A stretch of 55,359 nucleotides of DNA, from the NCBI GenBank assembly GCA_902518415.1, contig CABYGA010000004.1, forward strand, positions 1-55,359, read 5' to 3'. Source of the DNA: an uncultured Pelagibacteraceae bacterium. Its GTDB lineage: Bacteria; Pseudomonadota; Alphaproteobacteria; Pelagibacterales; AG-422-B15. The position numbers and the translations under genes are program-made. This document shows positions 10,258-20,162 of the stretch, piece by piece (position 1 is the stretch's first letter; each line of letters begins with the position of its first letter). Below the pieces are notes generated by a model, which was not told the DNA's origin, made no database searches, and saw only the letters and a list, made by a program, of their open reading frames with translations.

Positions 10258-10545
10258 ATGAAAGGATATTGGATCGCAAAAGTAAATGTACTTCATCCCG
10301 ATAAACAAAAGATGTATGCTGAACTTGCCTCTAAGGCAGTGCAAAAATACGATGGTAAGTTCTTAGTGCGTGGAGGAAGTCAGGTTATTGCTGAGGGAAA
10401 AGAGTACGAACGAAATGTCGTAGTAGAATACTCTTCATTTGATAATGCAAAAAAAGCTTATAACAGTAAAGAATATCAAGAGGCAAAAAAATTGCTTGGT
10501 GAAGATAAGGATAGACTTTTTGCTATTGTTGAAGGTTATGAATAA
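10258..10545 (+). CDS. DUF1330 family protein
   Basis: GYWIA.V.V, Y.G.FLVRGG, R.VVVE, Y.S.EYQ.A, IVEG. Confidence 0.85.
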   Translation: MKGYWIAKVNVLHPDKQKMYAELASKAVQKYDGKFLVRGGSQVIAEGKEYERNVVVEYSSFDNAKKAYNSKEYQEAKKLLGEDKDRLFAIVEGYE

Positions 10546-10853
10546 TGGTTAATAAAGTTGATGTTCTTGTTCGATTATTTGAGACTATTGAAAAACGTTC
10601 AAAAGAAGATTCCTCTAAATCATATACAGCCAAGCTCCTATCTGAAGGTAAAGCTAAATGCATTGAAAAATTAAAAGAAGAGTCTCTTGAAACAGTTGAA
10701 GCTGCAGAGCAAGGTAACGCAGAACAAATAATATATGAATCTGCTGATCTCATATATCATTTGCTTGTACTCTGGAAAAAATTTGATATTTCAGCTGACC
10801 AAATATATGCAGAGCTAGAAAGCAGGGAAGGTAAAACAGGGTTGCGTAAATAA
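10545..10853 (+). CDS. hisE: Phosphoribosyl-ATP pyrophosphatase
   Basis: SYTAKLL, K..EE..E, ESADL.YHLLV. Confidence 0.96.
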   Translation: MVNKVDVLVRLFETIEKRSKEDSSKSYTAKLLSEGKAKCIEKLKEESLETVEAAEQGNAEQIIYESADLIYHLLVLWKKFDISADQIYAELESREGKTGLRK

Positions 10854-11236
10854 TGAGTTACGACAAAGATAATATATTTGCAAAAATAATAAGAGGTGAG
10901 ATTCCCTGTGATAAAATTTATGAAGATGACTTTGTACTTTCTTTTAAAGATATAAGGCCTCAAGCACCTTCCCACGCATTAATTATTCCTAAAGGAAACT
11001 ATCTAGACATTAATGACTTTAGTTTAAACGCCAGTGATAATGAAATTATTGGGTTTAATAGGGCTATTGCGAAGGTTGCGGATATGTTGGGTATTAGTGA
11101 AAATTCAGGAGGAAATGGTTATAGAGTTATAGCGAATGCTGGAAATGACGCACATCAAGAAGTACCACATCTTCACTTTCATTTATTAGCTGGAAGACCT
11201 TTGGGTCCAATGGTTTTTCCAGAAAAACCAAATTAA
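10853..11236 (+). CDS. hinT: Histidine triad (HIT) nucleotide-binding protein
   Basis: NIFAKI.RGEIP, DI.PQAP.H, QEVPHLHFH. Confidence 0.93.
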   Translation: MSYDKDNIFAKIIRGEIPCDKIYEDDFVLSFKDIRPQAPSHALIIPKGNYLDINDFSLNASDNEIIGFNRAIAKVADMLGISENSGGNGYRVIANAGNDAHQEVPHLHFHLLAGRPLGPMVFPEKPN

Positions 11237-11248
11237 GAGTAATTTATA

Positions 11249-11704
11249 ATGACAAGTAAGATTTCAGACGAAGAACTGGTAAATTTATTTAATAAAAATA
11301 AACTATTTAACCTATTCAACATGACAGTTCTTGAAGTGAATACTGATGCTGGAAGTATTAAAATGGAATTTGAAGTAGAGCAAAAATATTGTAATCCTGC
11401 AGGTGATGTTCAAGGAGGTATCGTAAGTGGGATGGTTGATGATGCTACTGCTCTTGCCTTTATCTTTCAAAACCATTTTAAAAAAAGACCGCCAACTATA
11501 GAACTAAAAACTAATTTTCTATACCCTACAAAACCAGGAAAAGTAATTGGATATGGCCAAGTAGTTAAATCAGGAAAAAATATTGCTTTCCTAGAAGGAA
11601 GACTTGAACAAAACAACAGAACTGTTGTCACAGCCACATCTACTTGTGTAATTGTAGATATGCCTCAAGTAAATTTAAAAAAAATGATGGGAGAAAAAAA
11701 ATGA
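11249..11704 (+). CDS. PaaI-family thioesterase
   Basis: NP.G.VQGG....MVDD, TIELK.NFL.P. Confidence 0.88.
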   Translation: MTSKISDEELVNLFNKNKLFNLFNMTVLEVNTDAGSIKMEFEVEQKYCNPAGDVQGGIVSGMVDDATALAFIFQNHFKKRPPTIELKTNFLYPTKPGKVIGYGQVVKSGKNIAFLEGRLEQNNRTVVTATSTCVIVDMPQVNLKKMMGEKK

Positions 11705-12717
11705 TTAATAAACAATGGATACTAAAAAATTTCCCTGTAGGAGATATTAAAGAAGGCGATTTAGTTATGGAAGAAACTTCTGTTCCAGAATTAAATGAAA
11801 ACGACGTTTTGATAAGGAATATTTATTTATCACTTGATCCTGCTAACAGAGGATGGATGAGTGGGCGTGCCTCTTATGTTGATGCAATGCAAACTGGAGA
11901 TGTTATGAGAGGCGGAACAATAGGCATAGTTGAGAAATCAAAAAACCAGAAATTTAAAGAAGGTGAGATTGTTAATTGTATGGGTGGATGGCAAGAATAT
12001 TTTATCACCAATGGTAAAGGTGTTAGACAAATACCACAAGGTACTGGTTTTCCATTAGATAGTTATATGAGTATTTTGGGAATGACAGGGATGACTGCTT
12101 ATTTTGGTTTACTAGATATTACAAAACCTCAACCAGGTGAAACATTAGTTGTTTCAGCTGCAGCAGGTGCCGTAGGTTCTATAGTTTGCCAAATTGGAAA
12201 AATAAAAGGATGCAAAGTTATCGGTATCGCTGGTTCTGATGAGAAGTGTCAGTGGTTAGTAAATGATCTTGGCATAGATGGAGCAATAAATTATAAAACA
12301 GAAAATATTAGAAAAAGACTTAAAGATCTTTGTTCTGATGGAGTTGATATATATTTTGAAAATGTTGGAGGAACCATTACGGATGCTGTCCTTACAAGAA
12401 TGAATATAAATGGAAGAATAAGTTTATGCGGCTTAATATCTGGCTATAACGCTGAATCATTAGTACCTGGACCAGCATGGGGAAACCTATTGATCAAAAG
12501 AATAATGCTTAAAGGTTTCATTGTTTTTGACTATTTTAAAAGATACATAGAGGCTTACCAAGACCTTACAACTTGGATCAAAGAGGGAAAAATTAAATAT
12601 AAAAACCACATAGTTCCTGGTTTAGAGAATGCAGAAAACTCTATTAAAAAGTTATTTTCAGGAGAAAATGATGGGAAATTAATAATAAAAGTTTCAGAAG
12701 ATACGACTCAAAACTAA
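11701..12717 (+). CDS. NADP-dependent oxidoreductase (CurA/PTGR-type MDR enone reductase)
   Basis: YLSLDP..RG.M, GMTG.TAYFGL, SAAAGAVGS, YFENVGG, CG.IS.YN; ATG 11701 overlaps the PaaI stop (ATGA). Confidence 0.92.
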   Translation: MINKQWILKNFPVGDIKEGDLVMEETSVPELNENDVLIRNIYLSLDPANRGWMSGRASYVDAMQTGDVMRGGTIGIVEKSKNQKFKEGEIVNCMGGWQEYFITNGKGVRQIPQGTGFPLDSYMSILGMTGMTAYFGLLDITKPQPGETLVVSAAAGAVGSIVCQIGKIKGCKVIGIAGSDEKCQWLVNDLGIDGAINYKTENIRKRLKDLCSDGVDIYFENVGGTITDAVLTRMNINGRISLCGLISGYNAESLVPGPAWGNLLIKRIMLKGFIVFDYFKRYIEAYQDLTTWIKEGKIKYKNHIVPGLENAENSIKKLFSGENDGKLIIKVSEDTTQN

Positions 12718-12721
12718 ACCA

Positions 12722-13702
12722 ATGAAAAAAGTTTTAATCTTCAGCAATGGGGAGCAAATTGGAGATGGCATTTTAAAATTGCCAATTGTTTATCAATTAA
12801 AAGATAGATTTCCAAACTATGAAATTCATTGGATGACTGACACAATCTATACGGAGTATAATCAAAGACTAAAAAAGTTTACCTCAAACTATATCGACAA
12901 AATATGGGAAAAAGCAAAATTAAACCCCTTCTTTTGGAAAAAAATCTCAAATGTTTATAATTTAAATAACGAAGAATTTGATATTATTATTGATACGCAA
13001 AAAGCTGTGCCCAGAACCATTGCCTTAAAGAGGTTAAAAACAAAAATTTTTATTTCATCTACGGCTAACTGGTTTTTTTCAAACTTAAAACCTAAAGCTT
13101 TTAGTAAAGAAAGAAAATTTTATATAAAAAGTATTATTGAAATGCTTGACCTAGTTTCAAATTATGAAGATAAAAAAGAATTTGAAATAGATATTCCTCA
13201 ATCAATAACAGAGACCTTAAATAAATTGTTTGACCCCAGTAAAAAGTATATTGGTATTGCGCCTGGTTCAAATACTCCAACAAGGATTTGGTCATTTGAT
13301 AAATACTTAGAAGTAGCTAAATTTTATGAAAAAAAAGATTTCAATATTGTTTTTTTTCTTGGACCAGAGGAACAAAATCTTCGTAAAGAAATAATTGATG
13401 TCATAGATAATCCTCTTTTTCCTGAAGAAGAAGTTCAAAATTATCCAGGAATTGAAGTGGTAATGGCATCAACAAATTATTTAGATATTGCTATAACTAA
13501 TGACAGCGGAACTGGTCAAATGCTCTCAACTAATATGTGTCCATTGTTAAAAATCTGTGGTCCAACAAGTGCAGTCAAATTTTTAAATGACCAATTCACA
13601 AACATTAATTTTATTGCGTCGCAGAGTTTTGGTGGAGATGATATAAATTTAATAACTTCAGATGCAGTAATTAATGAAATTGATAAAATTTTAGATAGTT
13701 AA
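12722..13702 (+). CDS. Glycosyltransferase family 9 (LPS heptosyltransferase-like)
   Basis: IGD motif, DIIIDTQ, APGS....R.W, GPEE, NDSG, GPT. Confidence 0.85.
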   Translation: MKKVLIFSNGEQIGDGILKLPIVYQLKDRFPNYEIHWMTDTIYTEYNQRLKKFTSNYIDKIWEKAKLNPFFWKKISNVYNLNNEEFDIIIDTQKAVPRTIALKRLKTKIFISSTANWFFSNLKPKAFSKERKFYIKSIIEMLDLVSNYEDKKEFEIDIPQSITETLNKLFDPSKKYIGIAPGSNTPTRIWSFDKYLEVAKFYEKKDFNIVFFLGPEEQNLRKEIIDVIDNPLFPEEEVQNYPGIEVVMASTNYLDIAITNDSGTGQMLSTNMCPLLKICGPTSAVKFLNDQFTNINFIASQSFGGDDINLITSDAVINEIDKILDS

Positions 13703-13705
13703 ATT

Positions 13706-14659
13706 TTATAATCTAGCCCCGTAGACTTGTATTACCTTAGAAGCAAATTTAACTCCTTCTTTACCACATTCTTCAAGGGGCTGTCCCTGAATATATTTTA
13801 ACAAAAATCCTGCTGCAAATAGATCACCAGCTCCCGTTGTATCAACAAGATTGTCTATTTTTTGGGGTTCAATTTTAATTACTTCTTCATTATTTATAAT
13901 CATTGCCCCATTTTCACCAAGTGTTATTGCGAATATCTTATTTTTATCTTTGATAATGTTTATGCTCTCATCCAAGTCTGATGTTCCTAATAGAGATTTA
14001 ATCTCCTCTTCGTTTGCAAAAATAATATCAGCTTCTTCATTAATTAAACTTAAAAAGCTCTCTTTAAAACGTTCAATACAAAATACGTCAGATACACTGA
14101 AGGCTACAATTTTATTATTTTCCTTAGCTACCTTTGTCGCTTTTTTGATTGCAACTTGGGCATCATCTAGGTCCCAAAGATACCCCTCTAGATAAGTGAT
14201 TTTTGATTGTGAAATAACATCTTCATTAACATCATCAGAATTTAGCTTTTGGGAAATTCCTAAATACGTACTCATCGTCCTTTGAGCATCAGGGGTCACC
14301 ATAACTAGGCATCGCCCTGTTTCACTCTCATCAGACTGAGGGACATTCGCAAAAAATACATTTTCTTTATTTAATCCATCAACAAATGCGTTCCCTACTT
14401 CATCTATTCCAACTTTTCCAATAAAAGCTGTTTTCATATTATTTTGAGCTAGAGCAACTATTGAGTTTGCAACCGATCCACCAGACACAGTTTTTTTAAT
14501 ATCAATTTTCTCTGAGATATTTTTAATACCATCTAAATCCACTAGAGACATGAGGCCTTTTCTCAATTCGTGCTCGTTCAAAAATTGATCTTCTACGTCT
14601 GTAATTACGTCAACGATAGAATTACCAATACCTACGATGTCATATTTATTATCTACCAT
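13706..14659 (-). CDS. PfkB-family carbohydrate/adenosine kinase
   Basis: GN.IVD, SGGS.AN, QRTM.TYLG, YLEGYLWD, DTTGAGD; start 14659 or 14671. Confidence 0.92.
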   Translation of the reverse strand: MVDNKYDIVGIGNSIVDVITDVEDQFLNEHELRKGLMSLVDLDGIKNISEKIDIKKTVSGGSVANSIVALAQNNMKTAFIGKVGIDEVGNAFVDGLNKENVFFANVPQSDESETGRCLVMVTPDAQRTMSTYLGISQKLNSDDVNEDVISQSKITYLEGYLWDLDDAQVAIKKATKVAKENNKIVAFSVSDVFCIERFKESFLSLINEEADIIFANEEEIKSLLGTSDLDESINIIKDKNKIFAITLGENGAMIINNEEVIKIEPQKIDNLVDTTGAGDLFAAGFLLKYIQGQPLEECGKEGVKFASKVIQVYGARL

Positions 14660-15381
14660 GTCTCCACCCAAGGTCGCAGATCTATTTCATAAGTCCACGC
14701 GTTTTTTGGTTGATTATGTATCATTAAGTAGTTCTGTGCAATATCATCCGGATTCATTAGTCCATCGACTTTTTTCTTTTCTTTCACATAATCAGGAAAC
14801 AATTCATTGACCCATGGGGTATCAATTGCCCCATCAATAACAACATGCGCAACATGAATTCCTTTAGGCCCTAACTCTCTTGCCATACTCTGTGATAAAG
14901 CCCGCTTTGCATGCTTTGCTCCTGAAAAAGCGGCAAAACCCTCTTTACCCCTGACGCTTGCCGATGCACCAGTAAAAATTATAGTCCCTTTTTTTCTAGG
15001 AACCATTTTTTTTGCAACTTCTCTCCCCATAAGAAATGCACCGAATGCAGCCATTTCCCAAACTTTATAATACTTTCTTGATGTTGTTTCTAATATGCCG
15101 TACCTGATATTTGCCCCTATGTTGTATACTGCAACCAAGATCTCTCCGATTTCGTTTTCAATTTTATTAATTAAACCAATGACATCATCCTCTTTTCTCG
15201 CATCAAGTGAATAAAAGAAACATTCACCACCATTTTTTTTAATTTCTTCAGCTAACTCAGATAACTTATCACCATTTCTTCTTGCAACCACAACAGTAAA
15301 ACCATCATTTGCAAAAACTCTTGCTATTGACGAACCTAGACTATCACCAGCGCCAATTATCAATGCTACTTTATTTGTCAT
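14653..15381 (-). CDS. Atypical SDR oxidoreductase (Phe in place of the catalytic Tyr)
   Basis: GAGDSLG, YNIGAN, FTGASAS, FSGAK, HVAHVVIDG. Confidence 0.88.
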   Translation of the reverse strand: MTNKVALIIGAGDSLGSSIARVFANDGFTVVVARRNGDKLSELAEEIKKNGGECFFYSLDARKEDDVIGLINKIENEIGEILVAVYNIGANIRYGILETTSRKYYKVWEMAAFGAFLMGREVAKKMVPRKKGTIIFTGASASVRGKEGFAAFSGAKHAKRALSQSMARELGPKGIHVAHVVIDGAIDTPWVNELFPDYVKEKKKVDGLMNPDDIAQNYLMIHNQPKNAWTYEIDLRPWVETW

Positions 15382-15390
15382 ATCGAAAGA

Positions 15391-15418
15391 AATCTAGCAG
15401 TTACCGTCAAACTATCAA
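15391..15418 (-). promoter_or_regulatory. Putative sigma70 promoter for the SDR-PfkB pair
   Basis: Minus strand TTGATA-N16-TAGATT with TGC extended -10, ending 9 nt before the ATG. Confidence 0.45.
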
Positions 15419-15440
15419 CTCCCTATTGTAAATATATCTA

Positions 15441-16100
15441 TTAAGGTTTTTTTGTTTGTACTGGTTTTTTTCTGTCAGGAAAACAGGTCTTGCAAATCTT
15501 GCATTCTAAGCCAAAACATTTTCTTGCTTCACAATACTCTCTTCCATAAAAAATAATTTGTAAATGAAGTTTATTCCAACTATTCATTGGAAAGACTTTT
15601 TTTAAATCTTTTTCTGTTTGAGTTACATTTTTTCCATTAGTAAGTCCCCATCTTTGCGCTAATCGATGAATATGTGTGTCAACAGGAAAAGCTGGATGAC
15701 CAAAACCTTGTGACATTACTACACTAGCTGTTTTATGGCCAACACCAGGAAGCTTTTCAAGTTCGTCAAAACTTTCTGGTACCTTGCCACTGAAACTATT
15801 TACTAATATTTTAGATAATTTATGGATTGCGCTAGACTTCTGGGGGGCAAGGCCACACGGTCTTATAATTTTGTATATTTTATTTTTAGATAACGTTTGC
15901 ATTTTTTTTGCATTATTTGCTTCTTTAAAAAGTATTGGTGTAATTTCATTCACTCTTTTATCAGTACATTGTGCGCTTAAAAGAACAGAAATTAAAAGTT
16001 CAAATTTGTTCTTGTGATTTAGAGGTATAGGAGTTTTAGGATATATTTTATTTAATATACCCATTATTTTTGTTGCTCGTTCAGCTCTTTGCATAAGCAA
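15441..16100 (-). CDS. nth: Endonuclease III
   Basis: LSAQCTD.RVN, HhH LPGVGHKTA, VDTH, C-terminal Cys cluster; start TTG 16100 or ATG 16094. Confidence 0.96.
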   Translation of the reverse strand: MLMQRAERATKIMGILNKIYPKTPIPLNHKNKFELLISVLLSAQCTDKRVNEITPILFKEANNAKKMQTLSKNKIYKIIRPCGLAPQKSSAIHKLSKILVNSFSGKVPESFDELEKLPGVGHKTASVVMSQGFGHPAFPVDTHIHRLAQRWGLTNGKNVTQTEKDLKKVFPMNSWNKLHLQIIFYGREYCEARKCFGLECKICKTCFPDRKKPVQTKKP

Positions 16101-16112
16101 TTTATTACTGTT

Positions 16113-16919
16113 CTAAATATTCAAAACGTCGTTCATCAAAAAAAGACCTGGTCCTTTATCCATTCCCCATTTTACAGCTTGAAGTGCCCCATTGGCAAAA
16201 ATGCCCCTATTTTCAGCTATATGCTGAATTTTAATCGTTTCATCATTCGATGAGAATATTACCTCATGGTCTCCAATGGTTTCACCTTTTCTAAAAGACG
16301 ACATTACAATTTTATTTTTTATATTTTTACCAATTGTATTTGTGCGATTAATCTTCATTACATTTTCCAATTTTTTATTTTTCCCCCTAGCAGCAGCTTT
16401 ACCAAGCATTATTGCTGTTCCTGACGGCGCATCAATTTTATGTTTATGATGAGTTTCATTTATTTTTATATCAAAAGAGCTATCTAATTTTGAGGAAGCA
16501 ATTTTTATGATACTCTCTAATAAATTTATTCCCAAACTCATATTTCCAGATTTAATAATTGTGGCGTGCTGTGCTGCAAAATCTATTTTGCGTAACTGAC
16601 TTTTGCTGAACCCAGTTGTTCCAATTACGTGAACAATTCTCGCTTGTGCAGAATATTTTGCATGCTCTAATGTTGCTTTTGGAACTGTAAAATCAATAAC
16701 TGCATCAGCTTTTGCAAATAGTTCAATAATGTTATCTGTAATTAAAATACCAGTTTTTTTTATTTTTAAAATTTGACCTATATCTTTTCCTATTGAAGGA
16801 TGACCAACGCTCTCGGTTGCTCCAAACAATGTAAAAGATTTATCTTGAAGAATTCTTTTTGCTATTTGCGTGCCCATACGACCTGAAGCACCCGTTACAA
16901 TTACTTTAATTTTTTTCAT
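16113..16919 (-). CDS. dapB: 4-hydroxy-tetrahydrodipicolinate reductase
   Basis: GASGRMG, IDFT, IGTTG, HHKHKIDAPSGTA. Confidence 0.98.
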   Translation of the reverse strand: MKKIKVIVTGASGRMGTQIAKRILQDKSFTLFGATESVGHPSIGKDIGQILKIKKTGILITDNIIELFAKADAVIDFTVPKATLEHAKYSAQARIVHVIGTTGFSKSQLRKIDFAAQHATIIKSGNMSLGINLLESIIKIASSKLDSSFDIKINETHHKHKIDAPSGTAIMLGKAAARGKNKKLENVMKINRTNTIGKNIKNKIVMSSFRKGETIGDHEVIFSSNDETIKIQHIAENRGIFANGALQAVKWGMDKGPGLFLMNDVLNI

Positions 16920-16959
16920 TTTTTAAAGATAATTCAAATAAAGAAAAAAGTAATGGTAT

Positions 16960-18099
16960 TTAATTTTTTGTTTTCCAGAAATCTCTGGCTTTTTTAAAAA
17001 AAGCTGAGCTGAGAGGATTTTCTTCATTATTACTGACTTCTTGAAAGGATTTTAGAATCTCAATTTGTTTTTTGTTTAAATTTACAGGTGTTTCAACTTT
17101 GGTTTGTATATATAAATCGCCAAGATATCCACTTCTTACGTTAGGCATTCCTTTTGATTTAAGTCTAAATTGATCTCCTGTTTGAGTTCCCTGAGGTATT
17201 TTTAATCTTGCTTTACCACCATCTATAATAGGCACATCAATTGATCCGCCAACTGCAGCATCAATCATTGAAATAGGTACCTCGGCAAAAAGATTTTCAT
17301 CTTCTCTGGCAAATATACTATGTTCGTTGACATTAACAAAAATATACAAATCGCCTTGTTGACCACCATTTGTGCCAGCTTCACCCTCGCCACTTAGTCT
17401 TATTCTTGATCCATCATCAACTCCTTTTGGTATTTTAACCATTAGACTTTTTGTTTTTTGAGTTCTGCCGGAACCACGACATGGATTACAAGGATCAGAT
17501 ATTGTTGAACCCGTTCCCTGACAGGTAGGACAAGTTTGTTGGATCGAAAAGAAACCTTGTTGTGATCTAATTTGTCCTCTTCCCCCACATGATTGACACG
17601 TGATGGGTTGACTTCCTTTAGATGCTCCTGAACCAGAGCATATCTCACATTGAACCTGTGTAGGTATTTTTACTTTGAATTTTTTTCCATTATAGGCTTC
17701 TTCAAGTGAAACTGAAATATCATATCTTAAATCGGATCCACGATTGTTTGACTTTCTTCTTCTGTTTCCACCTCCTCCAAAAAAAGATGAGTCACCACCA
17801 AAAAAATCCTCAAAAATATCCTGAAAAGCTGATGAAGAAAAATCAAATCCACCACCACCTTGTCCAGAGCTTCCGTCGACAGCTGCATGTCCAAACTGAT
17901 CATAAGCAGACCTTTTTTCTTTATCTTGAAGAACTGCGTATGCCTCACTAGCTTCTTTGAATTTTACTTCAGCTTCTGCGTCCCCCTGATTTCGATCAGG
18001 GTGATATTTCATCGCAAGTTTTCTATAGGATTTTTTTATCTCGGAACCGTCAGCAGTCTTGGATACACCAAGAACTTCATAATAGTCTCTTTTTGACAT
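16960..18099 (-). CDS. dnaJ: Chaperone DnaJ
   Basis: HPD J-domain, G/F-rich region, four CxxCxGxG repeats. Confidence 0.99.
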   Translation of the reverse strand: MSKRDYYEVLGVSKTADGSEIKKSYRKLAMKYHPDRNQGDAEAEVKFKEASEAYAVLQDKEKRSAYDQFGHAAVDGSSGQGGGGFDFSSSAFQDIFEDFFGGDSSFFGGGGNRRRKSNNRGSDLRYDISVSLEEAYNGKKFKVKIPTQVQCEICSGSGASKGSQPITCQSCGGRGQIRSQQGFFSIQQTCPTCQGTGSTISDPCNPCRGSGRTQKTKSLMVKIPKGVDDGSRIRLSGEGEAGTNGGQQGDLYIFVNVNEHSIFAREDENLFAEVPISMIDAAVGGSIDVPIIDGGKARLKIPQGTQTGDQFRLKSKGMPNVRSGYLGDLYIQTKVETPVNLNKKQIEILKSFQEVSNNEENPLSSAFFKKARDFWKTKN

Positions 18100-18111
18100 A
18101 AGCTTACCCGC

Positions 18112-20040
18112 TTACGATTCTTTATTGTCTTCTTTAACTTCTTCAAATTCTGCATCAACAACTTTTTCATTGTTTTCTTTTGCATCATTAGGTTCACTGC
18201 CTGCTGGCCCACCTTCTGGTGAAGGAGCATCTTGTTGTTGAGCTTTATACATAGCTTCACCTAGTTTCATAGAAGATTGAGTTAATGCTTCCAGTCCACT
18301 TTTAATTTTTTCTATGTCATCAGAGGCAATTGCTTCTTTCAAAGTCTTAATATCATTCTCGATTGCATTTTTTTCTTGATCTGAAACTTTGTCGCCAAAT
18401 TCTTTAAGATTTTTTTCTGCAGAGTGTACCATCGTATCAGCTTGATTTTTAACATCGACGGTTTCTCTTTTCTTCTTATCAGACTCTGCATTTGCCTCAG
18501 CTTCTTTTACCATCTTTTCTATTTCTTCTTCGCTTAGGCCACCAGATGCTTGAATTTTAATCTGTTGTTCTTTTCCAGTTCCTTTATCCTTGGCGGATAC
18601 ATTTACAATACCATTAGCATCAATATCAAAAGTCACTTCAACCTGAGGCACTCCTCTTGGTGCCGGTGGAATTCCAACAAGATCAAAATTGCCCAGAAGC
18701 TTATTATCTGATGCCATCTCTCTTTCGCCTTGGCATACACGTATTGTCACTGCTGTTTGATTATCATCGGCAGTAGAGAAAACCTGACTTTTCTTCGTAG
18801 GTATTGTCGTATTCTTATCGATAAGTTTTGTGAATACTCCACCTAAAGTTTCAATACCAAGTGAGAGAGGGGTAACATCTAGCAATAAAACATCTTTAAC
18901 ATCACCTTGAAGTATTCCTGCTTGGATAGCAGCACCTTGAGCTACTACTTCGTCAGGATTAACTCCCTTATTAGGTTCCTTGCCAAAAAAGTTTTTAACT
19001 GTTTCAATTACTTTTGGCATTCTTGTCATGCCACCAACAAGAACAACTTCGTCAATTTCACCCGCACTTAAACCTGCATCCTTTAACGCGGCATCACATG
19101 GTTTGATTGTTTTTTCGATTAAATCATCAACTAATGTTTCAAGTTTAGCTCTTGTAACTTTAATATTTAAGTGTTTTGGGCCAGATTGATCTGCCGTAAT
19201 AAACGGAAGATTGATTTCTGTTTGAGAAGTAGATGATAATTCTATTTTAGCCTTCTCTGCTGACTCTTTGAGTCTCTGTAAGGCTAATTTATCTTTCGTC
19301 AGATCAATATTATTTTCTTTCTTAAATTCATCAGCTAAATAACTGAGAAGTCTTGAGTCAAAATCTTCTCCACCAAGGAATGTATCACCATTAGTTGATT
19401 TAACTTCAAATACTCCATCACCAATCTCTAATATTGAAATATCAAAAGTACCTCCACCCAAATCATAAACAGCAATTGTTTTGCCATCTTTTTTGTCTAG
19501 ACCATATGCTAGTGCAGCAGCCGTGGGCTCATTAACAATTCTTTCAACTTCTAGTCCAGCTATTTTACCTGCGTCTTTAGTGGCTTGTCTTTGCGCATCA
19601 TTAAAATAAGCTGGTACGGTAATCACTGCTTTCTCAACAGACTCTCCTAAATATCTCTCTGCATCTTCTTTTAGTTTTTGTAATACAAACGCAGAAATTT
19701 GTGACGGAGAATACTTTTCATTTCCAGACTCTACCCATGCATCACCATTTTCTGATTTTATAATTTTAAATGGCACCATGTCTGAGTCTTTTTTAACCAT
19801 TGGATCTTCAAAAGAACGACCCATGAGTCTTTTAATAGCAAAAAAGGTATTTTCTGGGTTTGTTACGCCTTGTCTTTTAGCTGGTTGACCAACTAGTTTT
19901 TCACTTTCAGCACCAAAGCTTATTATGGAAGGTGTAGTACGTGAACCCTCCGCATTTTCTATTACCTTTGGATCTTTACCATCCATTATTGAGATACAAC
20001 TATTAGTTGTTCCTAGATCTATTCCAATTACTTTTCCCAT
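18112..20040 (-). CDS. dnaK: Chaperone DnaK
   Basis: [24 protein letters not shown] linker, VVDAEFEEV. Confidence 0.99.
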   Translation of the reverse strand: MGKVIGIDLGTTNSCISIMDGKDPKVIENAEGSRTTPSIISFGAESEKLVGQPAKRQGVTNPENTFFAIKRLMGRSFEDPMVKKDSDMVPFKIIKSENGDAWVESGNEKYSPSQISAFVLQKLKEDAERYLGESVEKAVITVPAYFNDAQRQATKDAGKIAGLEVERIVNEPTAAALAYGLDKKDGKTIAVYDLGGGTFDISILEIGDGVFEVKSTNGDTFLGGEDFDSRLLSYLADEFKKENNIDLTKDKLALQRLKESAEKAKIELSSTSQTEINLPFITADQSGPKHLNIKVTRAKLETLVDDLIEKTIKPCDAALKDAGLSAGEIDEVVLVGGMTRMPKVIETVKNFFGKEPNKGVNPDEVVAQGAAIQAGILQGDVKDVLLLDVTPLSLGIETLGGVFTKLIDKNTTIPTKKSQVFSTADDNQTAVTIRVCQGEREMASDNKLLGNFDLVGIPPAPRGVPQVEVTFDIDANGIVNVSAKDKGTGKEQQIKIQASGGLSEEEIEKMVKEAEANAESDKKKRETVDVKNQADTMVHSAEKNLKEFGDKVSDQEKNAIENDIKTLKEAIASDDIEKIKSGLEALTQSSMKLGEAMYKAQQQDAPSPEGGPAGSEPNDAKENNEKVVDAEFEEVKEDNKES

Positions 20041-20068
20041 AAAATTCTCTTTGTTTGATTTGACTTAT

Positions 20069-20096
20069 ATATAGGTAGTTGATTTTTGTGTGCAAC
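20069..20096 (-). promoter_or_regulatory. Putative RpoH promoter of dnaKJ
   Basis: Minus strand GTTGCA-N15-CCTATAT. Confidence 0.7.
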
Positions 20097-20162
20097 CCCC
20101 CTCAATAGAAAGTATTTTTACTAAATTCGCTGATATTTTATTGATTTATATTATTGATATTA

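Noticed and set aside
18036-18260. 74-aa alternative-frame ORF spanning the dnaK-dnaJ junction
   Set aside because: Lys/Met-rich by-product of the acidic DnaK tail read in another frame; no independent support.
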